A DNA stretch of 47,846 bases, taken from an uncultured Deferribacteres bacterium. GTDB lineage: Bacteria > Zhuqueibacterota > Zhuqueibacteria > Zhuqueibacterales > Geothermadaptataceae. The position numbers and the translations under genes are program-made. How positions within the stretch are numbered: position 1 is the first letter of the stretch; every line of letters begins with the position of its first letter. Below, piece by piece: positions 47,631 to 47,846 of this stretch. The stretch lies in NCBI GenBank assembly GCA_964014485.1, contig CAXHAT010000038.1:1-47846 (forward strand), read 5' to 3'. The notes under the pieces were generated by a model, which worked only from the letters and a program-made list of their open reading frames with translations, was not told where the DNA came from and made no database searches.

Positions 47631-47763
47631 CCGACATTCCGTATACAAGAATTGGAGATGGAAATAATTTCTTCATCTCATTAGCGCCGTCCTTCAGGGC
47701 GGGGGAGAAGGGTGGAAAGACGCTCTTGTCCAAAACCCCGGCTTGAAAGCCGGGGCTAATGAG
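47631..47763. repeat. REPIN-like element, family A, with ~45-bp tail
   Basis: CTCATTAGCG-CCGTCC-TTCA-GGGCGG, purine-rich spacer, then CCCCGGCT-TGAA-AGCCGGGG-CTAATGAG; shares arm, tail and spacer with positions 1-100. Confidence 0.85.
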
Positions 47764-47846
47764 ATGCAAAATCTCATCGGGTGCAAAAGATGTCTTGCAG
47801 CCGAACTAAAATTGTCGAAAAAGCGCTCTTTCAACAAATGATTTCA

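Noticed and set aside
29..47702. 72-bp inverted repeats at both ends read as termini of a 47-kb transposon or linear element
   Set aside because: The same arm motif recurs internally at 33965-34096, no transposase, integrase or replication gene is present, and the cargo is housekeeping. Dispersed REPs at contig breaks explain it better.

Overview
A 47.8 kb bacterial segment, probably a whole contig because both ends fall in the same repeat family. The organism is most likely an FCB-group lineage such as KSB1/Calditrichota, inferred from a T9SS/FlgD-type C-terminal domain, a PorV-family gene and many lipoproteins; the taxonomy is not proven. The flanks carry housekeeping and metabolic genes: thrB, an esterase, TSUP, NamZ, a POT transporter, a REC-histidine kinase, a YncD-like TonB receptor, an MDR reductase, a 7-heme TPR cytochrome, a GH5, nnr, a DUF2914 protein, a benzoate-CoA-ligase-family gene, thrC, SRPBCC, MerC-like and AlkD-like genes. 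The centre (15.9-39.6 kb) is a co-oriented cluster: ECF sigma factor, a 59-aa Asp/Tyr-rich peptide, a small secreted protein that is a free-standing copy of the next gene's N-terminal domain, a 5300-aa secreted Ig-repeat protein with 13 repeats at an exact 597-bp period, a PorV-like barrel fused to a TPR tail, and a membrane protein fusing an RsbW-type kinase, sensor domain, RsbU-type PP2C phosphatase, an IS481-transposase-like double HTH and TPRs. This is proposed as a candidate trans-envelope surface-sensing system. A sigma54-type promoter with an IHF-like site precedes a candidate ~125-nt sRNA with two C-rich loops (5750-5873). Three REP/REPIN-like families and an IS5-type MITE are also present. 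No rRNA, tRNA, CRISPR array, integrase or intact transposase was seen.
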